From the NCBI GenBank assembly GCA_951406725.2, contig OX597824.1:18600001-18664000 (forward strand): DNA of 64,000 bases. Direction: 5' to 3'. The translations under genes and the position numbers were made by a program. This document shows, piece by piece, positions 15,168-29,496 of the stretch. This DNA is from Octopus vulgaris. Lineage: Eukaryota. Each line of letters begins with the position of its first letter. Position 1 is the first letter of the stretch. A model generated the notes under the pieces. It did not search any database. It worked only from the letters and a program-made list of their open reading frames with translations, and was not told the DNA's origin.

Positions 15168-15387
15168 CGTCCAATAACACTATACTTGTTCCACGTCCCC
15201 GCGTTGTTGTTTTCTCTTTGTGCTTTCATGTTTGGATTAACTTTATATATATATATTAATCAGCTGAAATTGCTAGGATAATCCGGTTCTTGACTGAAGA
15301 TTGAAGGCTTCGAATGTCCCGTCCGTGTTTTTTGTATCGTCTTCTAAATGTTTTACGTTCTTGTCCCAGTTTGTACGTTCTTGTCCC

Positions 15388-15430
<43 letters not shown>

Positions 15431-15772
15431 TGAAACATTTGTGTGCGTATGTGTATGGACCCTGTATTTCTGCTTGTACAGGTGTGTGTATATACATGTC
15501 TATTCGTATGTCCGTATGTTTGTGAATACGTGAATGCATAAGAATGTATGTGTATTCATGTGTAAGTGAGAATGCGTGAATGTCCGTATATACATATATG
15601 TCTGTGTGTGCGTGTGTGAGTGTGTTTGTGTGTGTGGGTGTATGATCGTATGATCGTAGTGTGTTTCTGTTTCAGCGCGTGCATATGTGCGCGTATTATG
15701 TGTGTAAGTGTACGTATGTATGTATGTATGTATGTATGTATGTATGTATGTATGTATGTATGTATGTATGTA

Positions 15773-15812
<40 letters not shown>

Positions 15813-15931
15813 CGTCCGTAGGAACGCGTGTGCCCGCATGTGTGTGTATGTGTGACTTTCTGAATGTATGACTGTGTATGGGAGGGAGGTGAGTGAGTGT
15901 GCCTGACTTTGTGTGTGTATATATATATATA

Positions 15932-16092
15932 TGGAGTGGCTGTGTGGTAAGTAGCTTGTTTACGAACCACATGGTTCCAGGTTCAGTCCCACTGTGTGGC
16001 ACCTTGGGCAAGTGTCTTCTACTATAGCCTCGGGCCGACCAAAGCCTTGTGAGTGGATTTGGTAGACGGAAACTGAAAAGACGCCCCTCGTA

Positions 16093-16163
<71 letters not shown>

Positions 16164-16376
16164 TTGTGTGTCTGTGTTTGTCCCCCTAGCATTGCTTGAC
16201 AACCAATGCTGGTAGTGTTTATGTCCCCGTTACTTAGCGGTTCGGCAAAAGAGACCGATAGAATAATTACTGGGCTTACAAAAAGAATAAGTTCCGGGGT
16301 CGAGTTGCTCGATTAAAGGTGGTGCTCCAGCATGGCCGCAGTCAAATGACTGAAACAAGTAAAAGAGTAAAGAGTA

Positions 16377-16378
<2 letters not shown>
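15932..16378 (+). mobile_element. tRNA-derived SINE family B (CORE-like ACCTTGGGCAAGT, internal TA/TG microsatellite, LINE-like tail)
   Basis: A box TGGCTGTGTGG, B-box-like GGTTCAGTCCC, tail GGTGCTCCAGCATGGCCGCAGTCAAATGACTGAAACAAGTAAAAGAGT. Same as 31949 and 47945. Confidence 0.85.
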
Positions 16379-16432
<54 letters not shown>

Positions 16433-16516
16433 GTGTGTGTGTGTGTGTGTGTTAGTGTTGTGCTATCTGCGTGAGAATAGGGAAGAAGAGAGAAGCCTAT
16501 CTGTTTGGACATATTC

Positions 16517-16595
<79 letters not shown>

Positions 16596-16699
16596 TGCCT
16601 GTTTGATTGTGTGCTTGTGTGTTGCAATAGCGACTGAAGCAAACGTCGCGGACAACCAATCAAAGCAAACAGGACCCATTGCATGGACACCACAAAACA

Positions 16700-17983
16700 A
16701 CCATCGCCATCACCACCACCACCACCACCATCACCATCATTACCTACATCATCACCACTGCCATAACAAACACTACTACCACCATCACTACCACCACAAC
16801 CGCCACCACCACCATCACCACCAGTAACGTTAACGCTACCACTAACACTACCACCATCACTACTATCACCACCACAACCGCCACCACTACCATCACCAGC
16901 ATCACCACTAACGCTACCACCAGCACTAGCACCACCACCACCATTACTACCACCACTACCTCCACCATCACCACCAGCTGCAAAACATTGACAATAACGT
17001 CGACAAAATATATTTCATCCGCCACTCCTTTTACGGCCACCACCACTACCACAATCATCACTAACCACCGGTACTGTCACCAATACCACAACATTCGGTA
17101 TCACCGCATACCCTTCACCAACACCATCATCACCACGCCTTTGTACCACTGCCACCACCACCACCACCACCACCACCATAAGTATCATTAATACCAGTAC
17201 CTATTTCTTTACTACCCACGAGGGGCTAAACACAGAGGGGACAAACAAGGACAGGCATAGGTATTAAGTCGATTACATCGACCCCAGTGCGTAGCTGGTA
17301 CTTAATTTATCGACCCCGAAAGGATGAAAGGCAAAGTCGACATCGGTGGAATTTGAACTCAGAACGTAACAGCAGACGAAATACCTATTTCTTTACTACC
17401 CACAAGGGGCTAAACACAGAAGAGACAAGCAAGGACAGACAAACGGGTTTAGTCGATTACATCGACCCCAGTGCGTAACTGGTACTTAATTTATCGACCC
17501 CGAAAGGATGAAAGGCAAAGTCGACCTCGGCGGAATTTGAACTCACAACGTAACGGCAGACGAAATACGGCTACGCATTTCGCCCTGCGAGCTAACGATT
17601 CTGCCAGCTCGCCGCATTAAAACCAGTACCACCCACCCCCTGGTACCACGATAATGGTTAGCACCACCCCGCCATTTTCGCCACCGCCGCCTACAACAAC
17701 ATCAGCAATAACGACAACGAGAAATATCCGGGCCATTATTTGTTCCTCCGCCATCTCCATCGTCATAAGTGCTAGAACCACCACCACCACCACTACCACC
17801 ACTTACGCCACCATCACCACCACTTACACCGCCACCATGACCACCACTACGAACAAATACGATCGATAACAACAACAACAACAACATCACCACCAGTCCT
17901 ACGGTTTCTTCACCACCAACACCAATATCGCCGCCATTGCACTCACTATTCCTCGATCCTCACATAGACGCCTGCGCATCCTC

Positions 17984-18050
<67 letters not shown>

Positions 18051-19560
18051 CACACGTACACACACGATGACACGCACTCATGCTCTCGCGCGTCATTTCT
18101 CTATCACTGACTGCAAAACCGGTGGTGGTAACGGCGGCGGCGGTTGAGGCAGTGGTGGTGGTGATGGCGGTGGTGGTGTTTGTGGTGGTGGTGGTGGTGG
18201 TAGCTGTAGTAGTTTTGGTGACTGCTGTGATGGTGGTGGTAGTGAAGGTTGTGGCGGTGGTAGTGGCGGCGGCTGCGGTGGTGGTGGTTGTTTGGCTGCG
18301 ATGGTGGTGATCGTGGTGACCGCAGTGGTGGTGACGGCGTTGTTGTTGTTGTGGTGTTGGTGGTGGTGGAGGCAGTTGCGGTGGTGATGGTAGCTGTGGT
18401 AGTTTTGGTGACTGCTGTGGTGGTGGTTGTGGTGGTAGTGCCGCTGGTGGCGGTGGTAGTGGCAGCGGCTGCGTTTGTGGTAGTGGTGGTGGTGGTGGTG
18501 GTTGCGGCGGCGATAGTGGTGGTAGTGGAGGTGGCGTCGGCGGCGGCGATGGTGGTGGTAGTGGTAGTGGTAGTGGTTGTGGAGGTGGCGTCGTCGGCGG
18601 CGATGGTGGTGCCGGCTGTGGTGGTGGTATTTGCGGCTGTGATGGTGGGGATGGTGTTGGGTCGGCTGCGATGGGGGTAATCGTGGTGACCGCAGTGGTG
18701 GTGACGGCGTTGTTGTTGTTGGTGGTGGTGGAGGCAGTTGCGGTGGTGATGGTAGCTGTGGTAGTTATGGTAGCTGCTGTGGTGGTGGTTGTGGTGGTAG
18801 TGCCGCTGGTGGCGGTGGTAGTGGCAGCGGCTGCGTTTGTGGTGACGGCGTTGTTGTTGTTGGTGGTGGCGGAGGCAGTTGCGGTGGTGATGGTAGCTGT
18901 GGTGATGGTGGTGGTGGTGGTGGTGGTGGTGGTGGAGTTTTGGTTAGGTCGGTGACACCAAAATCATGAATAGCTTTGGCGAACAAACCCAAAGAAAGAG
19001 GAAGAGACCAAGTGTACATGCGGTAGCATCGGTTGTGGTATTTGGTACAAGTGAAAGTGGCGGTGGTGGTGGTGGTGGTGGTGGTCGAGGCAGCGTCTGT
19101 GGTAGCGATGGTGGGGGTAGTGGTGGGAGTTGTGACAATAGGGATTGTGACGCTTGCAGTGGACATGAAGATAGGAGTAATGGTGGTTGAGGTAATTGTA
19201 TGTGAGGTGGTAAAGAATGTTGCGCGAGGTGGTAGTAGGGTGTTGGTGATGTTCTAGGTGGTGGTGGTGGTGTTGGTGGTGATTGGAGTGTTGCTGATGG
19301 TGGTGGTAGTGCTGGTGATAAAAGTGGTTGTGGTTGTTGCGGTGGAGGTGATACTGATGGTGACAGTGGAGGGTGTGGTGGTGGTTGTTATGGCGGTAGT
19401 GTAGGTGGTGGAGGCTTTGTTTGTGGTGGTAATGGGGGGGTATTGTAGTTGTTGTTGTGGTGGAGGCTGCGGCTGTTGTTAGGGGGAACGTGGAGCTAGT
19501 TATGGTCATGGGGACAGAGGAATTGTCGTTGTTGTTACTGCTGCTGGGCAGGGTATGGCT
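16700..19560. repeat. Degenerate (CAC)n/(GTG)n low-complexity domain with internal duplication
   Basis: CAC-rich to ~17930, then GTG-rich from 18120. 18290-18480 is repeated at 18660-18850. Interrupted by a SINE dimer. Confidence 0.85.
17202..17617 (-). mobile_element. SINE family A dimer
   Basis: Junction at 17385/86; TSD ATTAA(T/A)ACCAGTACC. Confidence 0.88.
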
Positions 19561-20662
19561 ATTGTGGTCATCGTGGTGATAGTCATGGTGGTAGCGCTCA
19601 CTGTAACGATTAGGCGTGATTACAGTTGAGATGGAAGAGGTTAGAGATGGCGCTGCCAACGATGGCTACATAAAGGCGATGTCGATATTTTACCACAGGT
19701 AGATAATAATCCTTTTTCCTAATAATAAGCGCAGGAATGGTTGTGTGGTAAGTGGCTTGCTTACGAACCAAATGGTTCCAGGTTCAGTCCCACTGTGTAA
19801 CTGGTACTTAATTTATCGACCCCGAAAGGATGAAAGGCAAAGTCGACCTCGGCGGAATTTGAACTCAGAACGTAGCGACAGACGAAATACTGCTAAGCAT
19901 TTCGCCCGGCGCGCTAACGATTCTGCCAGCTCGCCGCCTTAGATGGACGAAATATCGCTAAGCTTTTTGTCCGGCATGCTAAAGGTTCTGCCAGCTCACC
20001 GCCTTAGTTGGCCACTTGTAATAATAATATATATTAATCAGAATTTATTACGGAAGGCCGGCACGACAAATAGAAAATATTTCGAAACTAATCGCTTATC
20101 TGACCAAACTATTTTCCATCATATTTCTTCGTCTCATTTTTTTTTCTGTTAATTCCTCTTCAATTCCTTTAATTCTGCGATCGTTAGCATTTTATCTGTA
20201 ACGCTTTTTAGATTCCACGTCGGTTCGACATCTAGAGCGATAAGAGGAGGGCTTTGAAGATAATGGTTTGTGATGGTTTATCTTCCAAAACACCGTTCCC
20301 TCAAAGGTATGCCTATGTATACGAGCGCATAGATTTTGTAGCCAGTGCACAACATATATATAAAATATGATATAATATAAAATAAATGACGAATTAATAT
20401 GTACAGAAAAATTTAGTTACCCAAAGTAATACATAATAATTAATAGTTATACTTATTAAATGTTTGCTTTTACACAATTATTCATGGTACACATATTTTT
20501 GTCGAAATACAAAAAAAAAATAATCGAAATAAAAAAACGGCAGAAGATTTTCACACGAACTGAAAAATTGCAGAAACATTAATACGCAATGGATTGCTAA
20601 AGAACCAATGAGGATGAGTACTAAATTTTGTTTTTGTTGTTGTTGTTGTTGTTGTTGTTATT

Positions 20663-20757
<95 letters not shown>

Positions 20758-20870
20758 CAACATCATCATCATCATTATTATTATTATCAACATCATCATT
20801 ATTATTATTATTATTATTATTATCATCATCATTATTATTATTATCATCATCATCATCATTTTTATTATTT

Positions 20871-20922
<52 letters not shown>

Positions 20923-20954
20923 TATAGTTATCATTATTATGATCATCATCATCA

Positions 20955-21045
<91 letters not shown>

Positions 21046-21999
21046 TATTATTATTATAGTTATTATTATTATCATTATCATTATTATTATTACAACTATT
21101 ATTATTGCATGGACGTTTTATTGAATGATTAAAAAAATAAAACTCAGATCAAACATTCGAACAGAGTGTATAAGGTTGTGGGACAAGTTAGGAGGGTAAA
21201 AAATGTGGTTAAATCGAAACGGAAGAGTTTATCTTCAAAATCTCTCTTTACATCAGCAGAGCAAAGATTATCTTTGAAAAGCATCTCTGCTACAAACACC
21301 AGCAAGGGAAAAATGTAACATGAAAATAATAATTTCTTATATTGGCTCTTAGGTATGTATTTTGGGAGAGGAGAAGGACCAATTAAATTGACCATAATAT
21401 TCGAATTCTATAAATGTTATCGCTCGTGGATGGGAGGATGAAAGGCGCTAAATAAATGTTGCAAATAAATAACAAAAATCGCTTTTATTGGCTTCCTGTC
21501 CTTCGGCTGTTTACTAAACCAGTGATTCTAAAAATTTCTTACATTGGCGCAAAGCGAAAATTTAGTAGGAGGAGTTAGTCAAAGATCTTTAGAAGGATAA
21601 CAAGCAATGCGAGTATGAACACGGAACAAGGAAAATCAGAACAACTGTCGCGCGGTATTTTGTCCGATGCTTTAACGGTTCTGCCATCCTGCTGCCCTTG
21701 GTAATAGTAACTTTTACCGAGAGAAAACCGCCTGGAGGGCTGTGCTTCTGCTACGAAAAATAATAATCCTTCAATAAAATCACCGCTACATTTACTTCCC
21801 ACCCCACCCCTCTCCAGTAAGCATCACCATCAGCACAATCATCATCATTCTCACTTATTTATAAAATATATCCTTTTCTACTCAAGGCACAAGGCCCGAA
21901 ATTTTGAGGGGGAAGGCCAGTCGATAAGATCGACCCCAGTACGCAACTGGTACTTAATTTATCGACCCCAAAAGGATGAAAAGCAAAGTCGACCTTTGG

Positions 22000-22436
22000 T
22001 GAAAAATTGAATATTAATTTGATTAATATCAATTTAAAAGCAGTGGTCTAGCATACTAAAATCTGAAGGTTCAGAAAATTATATTACATACATATTAGAG
22101 GGATGACCACAACGTGGACAATCCTTATGCTAGAAGTAGATCCGCTATGGTCTTAGCACTAAGAAATGTTCTCAAGAAAATTCAGCAAACGCCAGAACGA
22201 AATCGAGCAAGACAAATGAGAAATTACAAAATATAGATTAATCATGGACATGTTTCGCTATCAGCAGTTACGCAATTTTACTTACGCGATTTATCCGTAG
22301 CTCCTTAGCATGATCGTCATTGCAAATATAATTTGCAGAACTATACACGAAAATTTTCTTGAGAACATTTCTTAGTGGTAAGGCCATAACGGATCTACTT
22401 CTAACATAATGGTTGGCCACATTGCAGTCATCCTTT

Positions 22437-22437
<1 letters not shown>
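22000..22437 (-). mobile_element. Penelope-like pLTR fold-back unit with degenerate hammerhead
   Basis: 22100-22182 is an inverted copy of 22351-22433; hammerhead motif at 22241-22314; another copy of the arm lies in (TA)n at 45643-45745. Confidence 0.6.
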
Positions 22438-22530
<93 letters not shown>

Positions 22531-22550
22531 TTATTATTATTATTATTATT

Positions 22551-23000
22551 CTGTTTGACTTTTGCTTTATGTTTGTACAAGTTGACTCCAAGTCTCACCC
22601 AGAGACCTCAAGAGATAACAGGTTGGAAGTTCACGTTGTTGTTACGACTAGTGTGCCATATATTTGGTGTTGTACTAGTGAATGTCTAATAAATAAATTT
22701 ACAAAAAAAAATTGTTTGTTTTAAACCTTGAGATCATATAGAGAGTATTTTGCGTAGGATATGAGCAGTTCCCATGAGCACTATCTTTTGAATTTCTGCC
22801 ATTTTGAGGTTTCCTGGTATCTGAGTTGGGTAGCAATCAGCCCCTTTCGCTATCATTCCCAGGGCACCTATGACAACAGGTATTGTTTTAGTCTTCAGGT
22901 TCCACATTTTGCTGATTTCTATTTCAAGATCTTTATATTTGCTCAGTTTTTGGTAGGTCTTGACAGATACGTTTATATCGATTGGGACAGTCATATCAAT
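22551..23000 (-). mobile_element. Second R4/Dong-like REL LINE family, 3' fragment
   Basis: IDMTVPID...KLSKYKDLEIEISKMWNLKTKTIPVVIGALG...QKIVLMGTAHILRK, then a 3' UTR and (TAA)n. The UTR differs from that of the 12965 element. Confidence 0.9.
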
Positions 23001-23366
23001 TACTATTAATATTATTATTAATGAAATAGATGGAATGTGTAAAAGATTTTAGTGTACATCACATGTTTCGACCCGTCCTGGATCTCTTCGGATTCATGTA
23101 ATAAAAAGTCTCACTAGAGATTTCCTGAGTCAGCTTACTTACCGCTATATGTCCACCAAATTCGAGAATGAGTAAAAACAGAGAAAAATTATTGAAGCGC
23201 AAACAATTCAAATATGAATGTGAAAATCACACAGTCTAGTTAGAGAAAATGACGTCATGACGTAATGAGCCTTCGCTGTTCTAACTGTTAAGAGAAAGAA
23301 AAGGAAGATAATATTTAAACGAAATTTTTTTTATGTTCGTGAGTACACGCACATATACACACACAG

Positions 23367-23419
<53 letters not shown>

Positions 23420-23420
<1 letters not shown>

Positions 23421-23940
23421 CATTCTATTAAATTAGAGATAAAACCACTATTAGGCAAATCAAACAGTGAAAATCATAAACCAATACATAGAAATAAGAA
23501 ATATATAAAATATGAAATTCAAAATTAAAATATTTAAATATTTAAATATTTTAAAAATTGAAATATTTTAATTTTGAATTTTATATTTTATATATTTTTT
23601 ATTAATTAATTTTATTTCTATGTATTGGTTTATGATTTTCACTGTTTGATTTGCCTAATAGTGGTTTTAATATAATATAATATATACTTTATTTGCTAGC
23701 AAAAACTGTCCGATGAACGGCAACGGGAAACTCAGAGTAACAGGTTTTGTTGAATTTTTTGCTGCTTTAAATAAAGCATATTACTCTACCACTGGTATTT
23801 GAGTACTCTTTTTTCCACCTTGTTTCACATTTATGTGTTTACTCCGGTGTAATATAATATATATATATATTTATACTATAAAATTAGATTTAATCCTAAA
23901 TCTAATTTTTCCCTGTAAGTTTTGGATTACTCCCTAATAT
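23420..23940. mobile_element. Cluster of TA-separated Penelope-like pLTR fragments with long palindrome and hammerhead motif
   Basis: 23441-23668 is an inverted repeat; hammerhead-like motif at 23706-23743; 23885-23940 is an inverted match to 37560-37610. Confidence 0.55.
23706..23743 (+). ncRNA. Type I hammerhead ribozyme motif (variant core CCGAUGA)
   Basis: ctgt-CCGATGA-acggcaacgg-GAAAC-tcaga-GTA-acag; stems I and III pair, stem II is weakened. Confidence 0.55.
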
Positions 23941-24429
23941 TATTATATATATATATATATATGCGCATATACATACACGCTCACACACGCACATCCAAGT
24001 ATAAGAACATATACATACAACTAGATACACGCGCATACGCACACATATGGACGAATACATACATATATATGTATAGGAACTCATATATGCAGGTCCACAC
24101 GCGTATATATATACATAAAAGACAGAGCCCAAGATCTCGCGCAATGGAACCGAACCCAAGACCAATTCGTTGGGAAACAAGCTTCTTAACCACACAGCCA
24201 CGCCTGCGCCTGTTATATGTATGTGTGGTTTGTGTGCATCTGTGTATGTCCATCATAATTGGCATCTCTCGGTATTAAGAACTCGATTTCATTGAAAATT
24301 TCTCTGTTCTCTGCTGGTTGTATAAACTTATTTTTGACCTCAAAGAACGAGCGCTATAGCTGTGTGCGAATGTGTATGAGTGTTTAGCTGGGTACGTGGG
24401 AGAGAAAGGGAGAGAGAAAAAAAGTGATG

Positions 24430-24496
<67 letters not shown>

Positions 24497-24839
24497 TGTT
24501 TGGCGTGTTTGGTTGTTTATTTTTTTTTGTAGTTTGGTCAGTGGTGTGATGTGGTGATAGAGGAAGATCTTAGAGAATTACCAGTGAAACGGTGCTGTTG
24601 TTGTGGATGGAATTTAATGGTCTCTTGTGGGATTAATGTTTAATATAAGTGGTGTTGGAGGTGGTGTTGGAGTGGTGCTGGTGATATTGGATGTATTGGT
24701 GAAGTGATATTTTTTATAGATAAGTGAGAATGATGATGATGATGATGATGATGATGATAGGAGTGGTAGCTTTGGTAGTGGTGGTAGCGGTAATGATAAT
24801 AACGGGAATAGTAGTGATTGTGGTAGTTCTTGTGGTGTT

Positions 24840-25083
24840 GGTGGTGGTGGTTGTGGTGGTGGTTTTGGTGGCGTTGATAATGGTGCTGGTTGTACTACTA
24901 ATGATGATGGTGATGATGATGATGATGATGATGATGGCATTGATGTTAATGGTGGTGTTGGTGGTGGTGAGGGTGCTGTAGTGATCGTGGCATTACTGGT
25001 TGTGGTGGTGGTGGTGGTGGTGGTGGTGGTGGTGGTTTTGGTGGCGTTGATAATGGTGCTGGTTGTACTACTAATGATGATGG

Positions 25084-25118
<35 letters not shown>

Positions 25119-25195
25119 GCATTGATGTTAATGGTGGTGTTGGTGGTGGTGAGGGTGCTGTAGTGATCGTGGCATTACTGGTTGTGGTGGTGGTG
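24840..25195. repeat. ~180-bp tandem duplication of GTG/GAT low-complexity DNA
   Basis: GGTTTTGGTGGCGTTGATAATGGTGCTGGTTGTACTACT occurs at 24861 and 25033. Confidence 0.85.
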
Positions 25196-26185
25196 TTGGT
25201 GGCGGTGGAGGCGGCGGTACGGTAGTGGTGGTGGTGGTGGTGGTGATAATGATTGTAATGTTGGGTTGGGGGGGATCTCTGTTATTTCTATTGACCATTT
25301 ATCATTGATTTTTTACGTTTTATTGATCTGTTTATCCTTTTAACTGGTCACTTCTCATTGGCCTGATTTTATATATACATATATATATTTTTTTTTATCA
25401 TTATTTTCTTCATCTTTTTATTTTTTACATTGTGATTAGTCAGTTTTTATGTCAGTTCATATTCGGTCAACGTTTTTAATAGAGGTCAGTTCATATATTG
25501 GTCAGTAGTTTGGGGAGCGATTCACATTAATGATATATTTAGATATATTTTAAATTCCCAGTATCATTACTATATTTGTATAATGTCTCCCTTGGATAAT
25601 TAATATTTCCGTTTTAAAATATTCTGTTGCTTACAATTAGTTAAGTTCAAGCGTTTGGACGGATGAGTTTGTATACCGTGGGGAAAATTGGAATCTAAGG
25701 TTTTGGGAATGATCTTTCGTTTAAGTGCGAGAGATGAAAAAAAAAAAAATATTGTTTTCTACTGGTATTTATTTTGGAGTTAGTTTCGCAGGAATTTTGG
25801 TCTCAAGTCGTGTGCTGAGACTAATATAGTTATATTTTGGAAGAGTCATATCATAATAGTCTGTAAATACGTTCACCGGTTCACCGGTTGCTATTTGTAT
25901 GGAAGACAACAAGGGATAATGTAGTGGAAAAGGAAATGCTGAGAGAAGAGGTAGAATAAGGACAAACAATAACCAGTGAATGGGCGTAGAGGCTTCGGTA
26001 ATGTGACTTTTTGAAAATATAACAACATTTATGGTTATTTACGTTTAATATAATATAATATATATTTTGTTATCTAACGTAGAAACGGATCAGCAAATTG
26101 GCCAAGTTATCATATATATATGTATGCGCGTATATATATATGTATGAACATATATATATGTGCGTGTGTGCATGTGTGTGTATTG

Positions 26186-26281
<96 letters not shown>

Positions 26282-26462
26282 TTATATATATTTATATATA
26301 TCTGTGTGTGTGTGTACATATATATATATCTGGAAAAAAATATATGAATATATATATATACATATATGTGTGTATATGTATATATACATATGAATATGTG
26401 TGTATGTGTATGTATACATATATGTGTGTATGTACATATATATACATACATATATTAGCGTG

Positions 26463-26518
<56 letters not shown>

Positions 26519-26661
26519 TATATGTATGTATATGTATATATGTAAATGTATATATGTCTGTGTAATGGGACTGAGCCTGGAACCATGTGGTTGGTAAGCA
26601 AGTTACTTACCACGCCTATATATATATAAACAAAAAATAAGCAACAAGAATGGATCAGTAG

Positions 26662-26747
26662 TTTAGTACAATTGTTTCATACTATAAACATTTTATTAAA
26701 GTTGAAAATATTACAGCAAATATAATGTCAAGTATTCTTCAGCTAAA
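26662..26747 (-). ncRNA. Type I hammerhead ribozyme, intact core
   Basis: tttag-CTGAAGA-atact...agtat-GAAAC-aatt-GTA-ctaaa; palindromic stem III ACAATTGT; inside TA-flanked unit 26628-26973. Confidence 0.8.
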
Positions 26748-26973
26748 TTTCATATAGGTTTTCCAAACATCTTAGAGAGTGTAAATATCCTTATAAAGTT
26801 ATAGAAGTGAGTTCCAGGAACTTGAAGTAATATTCCAAGTAGACTATATATGTTTTCCAACAATACAAAGTTATTAAATTAATTATTGACATCTCAGAGA
26901 AGGTAAATCTACTCATAAAGATGTGGATATAAATTTCAAGAAACATGAGGAAAGATGCCGATCAGACCACGGT

Positions 26974-27035
<62 letters not shown>

Positions 27036-27634
27036 CATATGTATGTATGTATAATATATATATATATTATGTATGCATTATATATTATACATACATACAT
27101 ACATACTTACATACATGCATACATACATACATACATGCATACATACATACATACATACATACATACATACATTACATGCATACATACATACATACATACA
27201 TTACATGCATACATACATATATACATACATACATACATACATGCATACATACATACATACATACATACATACATACATACATACATACATACACACATAA
27301 AAGCCCTGTAAAATAATTCGGAAGGTTGGGCCTCCAATCAGGCTTTCGTGATATCCTGAAAACCAGGAACACGTCTGTATCCCTGGTATTAACATATATA
27401 TATATTCTTTTATTCTTTCAGTCTTTTACTTGTTTCAGTCATTTGACTTCGGCCATGCTGGATCACCGCCTTTAGTTGAGCCAATCTACCCCAGGACTTA
27501 TTCCTTGTAAGGCTAGTACTTAATCTATCGGTCTCTTTTGCCGAACAGCTAGGTTACGGAGACGTAAACATACCAACATCGGTTGTCAAGCTATGTTGGG
27601 GGGACAAACACAGACACACAAACACACACTCACA

Positions 27635-27698
<64 letters not shown>

Positions 27699-27700
<2 letters not shown>

Positions 27701-28572
27701 TAACAATGAAGGGTGAAATTAATTAATTTGGAACAATTATCAATTACACCAAGTAGTCTTCGGCATGTAAAAGCCTCATTCGAGGAAAATTTAAGTAATA
27801 CTAAGCAATTAAGGGTTTAGCAACGAATTGCCTTACCACACACCGAATTTAGAAATAGCAGTCAAAGAGATTATAGCTATTTCTTCTACTAAAAGGAGAT
27901 CACAGTAAAGGCACAGCATTTGAAAGGCAAACACAAACAGGTAAAAGAGAATGAATTAACGGCAATCTATCATACAATTTTAAGTCACCTACGGACGTAC
28001 GTTTCGAGATCAAGTCTTAGGAAAGCATAAGAATTAGATAACTCTACTTTACCCAGACTTCTTCTTTCATCAGCGCAGGATACTAACAATCATGAATGAT
28101 TGAATATTGAATTTTGAGATACTAGAAGGCACCAACTCAACTCAGTATCAGAGCGAGCTAGAAGCCACAGCTAGTATCACCAAATTCAAAGTATGAATGA
28201 AAGCTTGTGTCACCAGTCCCTTCCCACCCGCGTGTAGCCAAGACAATGTGCTGTGGTCATTTACTGGGATGAATATGGTTTATGAGTAACAATGAAGGGT
28301 GAAATTAATTAATTTGGAACAATTATCAATTACACCAAGTAGTCTTCGGCATGTAAAAGCCTCATTCGAGGAAAATTTAAGTAATACTAAGCAATTAAGG
28401 GTTTAGCAACGAATTGCCTTACCACACACCGAATTTAGAAATAGCAGTCAAAGAGATTATAGCTATTTCTTCTACTAAAAGGAGATCACAAGAAATAGCT
28501 ATAATCTCTTTGACTGCTATTTCTAAATTCGGTGTGTGGTAAGGCAATTCGTTGCTAAACCCTTAATTGCTT
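27699..28572 (-). mobile_element. Non-autonomous Penelope-like element: tandem pLTRs plus inverted partial pLTR, with hammerhead
   Basis: 27699-27904 repeats at 28285-28490; 28491-28572 is an inverted copy; hammerhead at 27988-28079; (TA)n on both sides; sibling at 60383-60928. Confidence 0.8.
27988..28079 (-). ncRNA. Type I hammerhead ribozyme
   Basis: cctgcg-CTGATGA-aaga...tctc-GAAAC-gtac-GTC-cgtagg. Confidence 0.8.
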
Positions 28573-28787
28573 ATATATATATATATATATATATATACGA
28601 CGTACTTCTTTCTGTTTCCGTCTACCAAATCCACTCACAAGGCTTTGGTCGGCCCAAGGCTATAGTAGAAGGCACTTGCCTAATTTGCCATGCAGTGGGA
28701 CTGAACCCGGAACCATGTAGTACGTTAACAAGGAACTTAACACAGCCATTCCTGCGCCTATATATATATATATATATATATATGATA

Positions 28788-29165
28788 GATCGTTAGCTCC
28801 TACACGCATTTTTTTCTCTCCTTGTTTCTTTTCTGTGTATCTTTCTGTCGAAGAGCGTAGGCACGAAACGTAAAAATTTCTATTTCTATTCCTGAGCGCC
28901 ATACAAATTCATTTGTTTGTTTGTACTCCACCTGCCTTCGTCTTTTGTTTATTTTCGTAAACCTTCCCATTATATATATATATATATGTATATATTTAGT
29001 TGAAATTTATAGAAAGACAAAAGACGAAGACAGGTGTATGAACAGGAAGTAAGTGTATTAATTTGACGCGCGGGAAAAATGAAAAAGTATTTTACGTTTC
29101 GAACCTACGCTCTTCATCAGAAAGGCATAAGAGAAAATAAATACAGAGTGAATGAAAAAAAGACT
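28788..29165. mobile_element. Two related Penelope-like pLTR fragments tail-to-tail across (TA)n, each with a minimal hammerhead motif
   Basis: 28788-28970 (+) matches 60016-60200 (-); 29000-29165 (-) is a related subfamily. Confidence 0.65.
29090..29124 (-). ncRNA. Minimal type I hammerhead ribozyme
   Basis: ttt-CTGATGA-a-gagc-gtag-gttc-GAAAC-GTA-aaa. Confidence 0.7.
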
Positions 29166-29496
29166 TGCATGGTATATTATAACATATTTATATTTCATGA
29201 AACAGCAATAAATAATAGGAAGTTTGAAAATTTACCGGAAGGCATTTCTTTGTTCGACCACCAGGGAGAAAAAAGGCGAAGTTGATTCTGGTGAGGATAT
29301 TGAGATCGGTACGCTGCAGCGAAGAAATAACTAAGCAAAGCAATAGTTTCTATCCGACGCTCCGCCGATTCTGGCAACGCAGTGCAAAAGTGTTTTAGTT
29401 ATAATTCTGATTACGAACCTAAATACAACGTCCTGGTTTCGTTCCAAGCATGACAATCCAGTTTGTTTCAGACAAAACAATAAATGTCAGACGATA

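Larger units (their letters stand above)
27405..28760 (-). mobile_element. SINE family B split by a Penelope-like insertion in its internal (TA)n
   Basis: Tail at 27405-27625 and head at 28597-28760 are colinear with the family B consensus. Confidence 0.8.
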
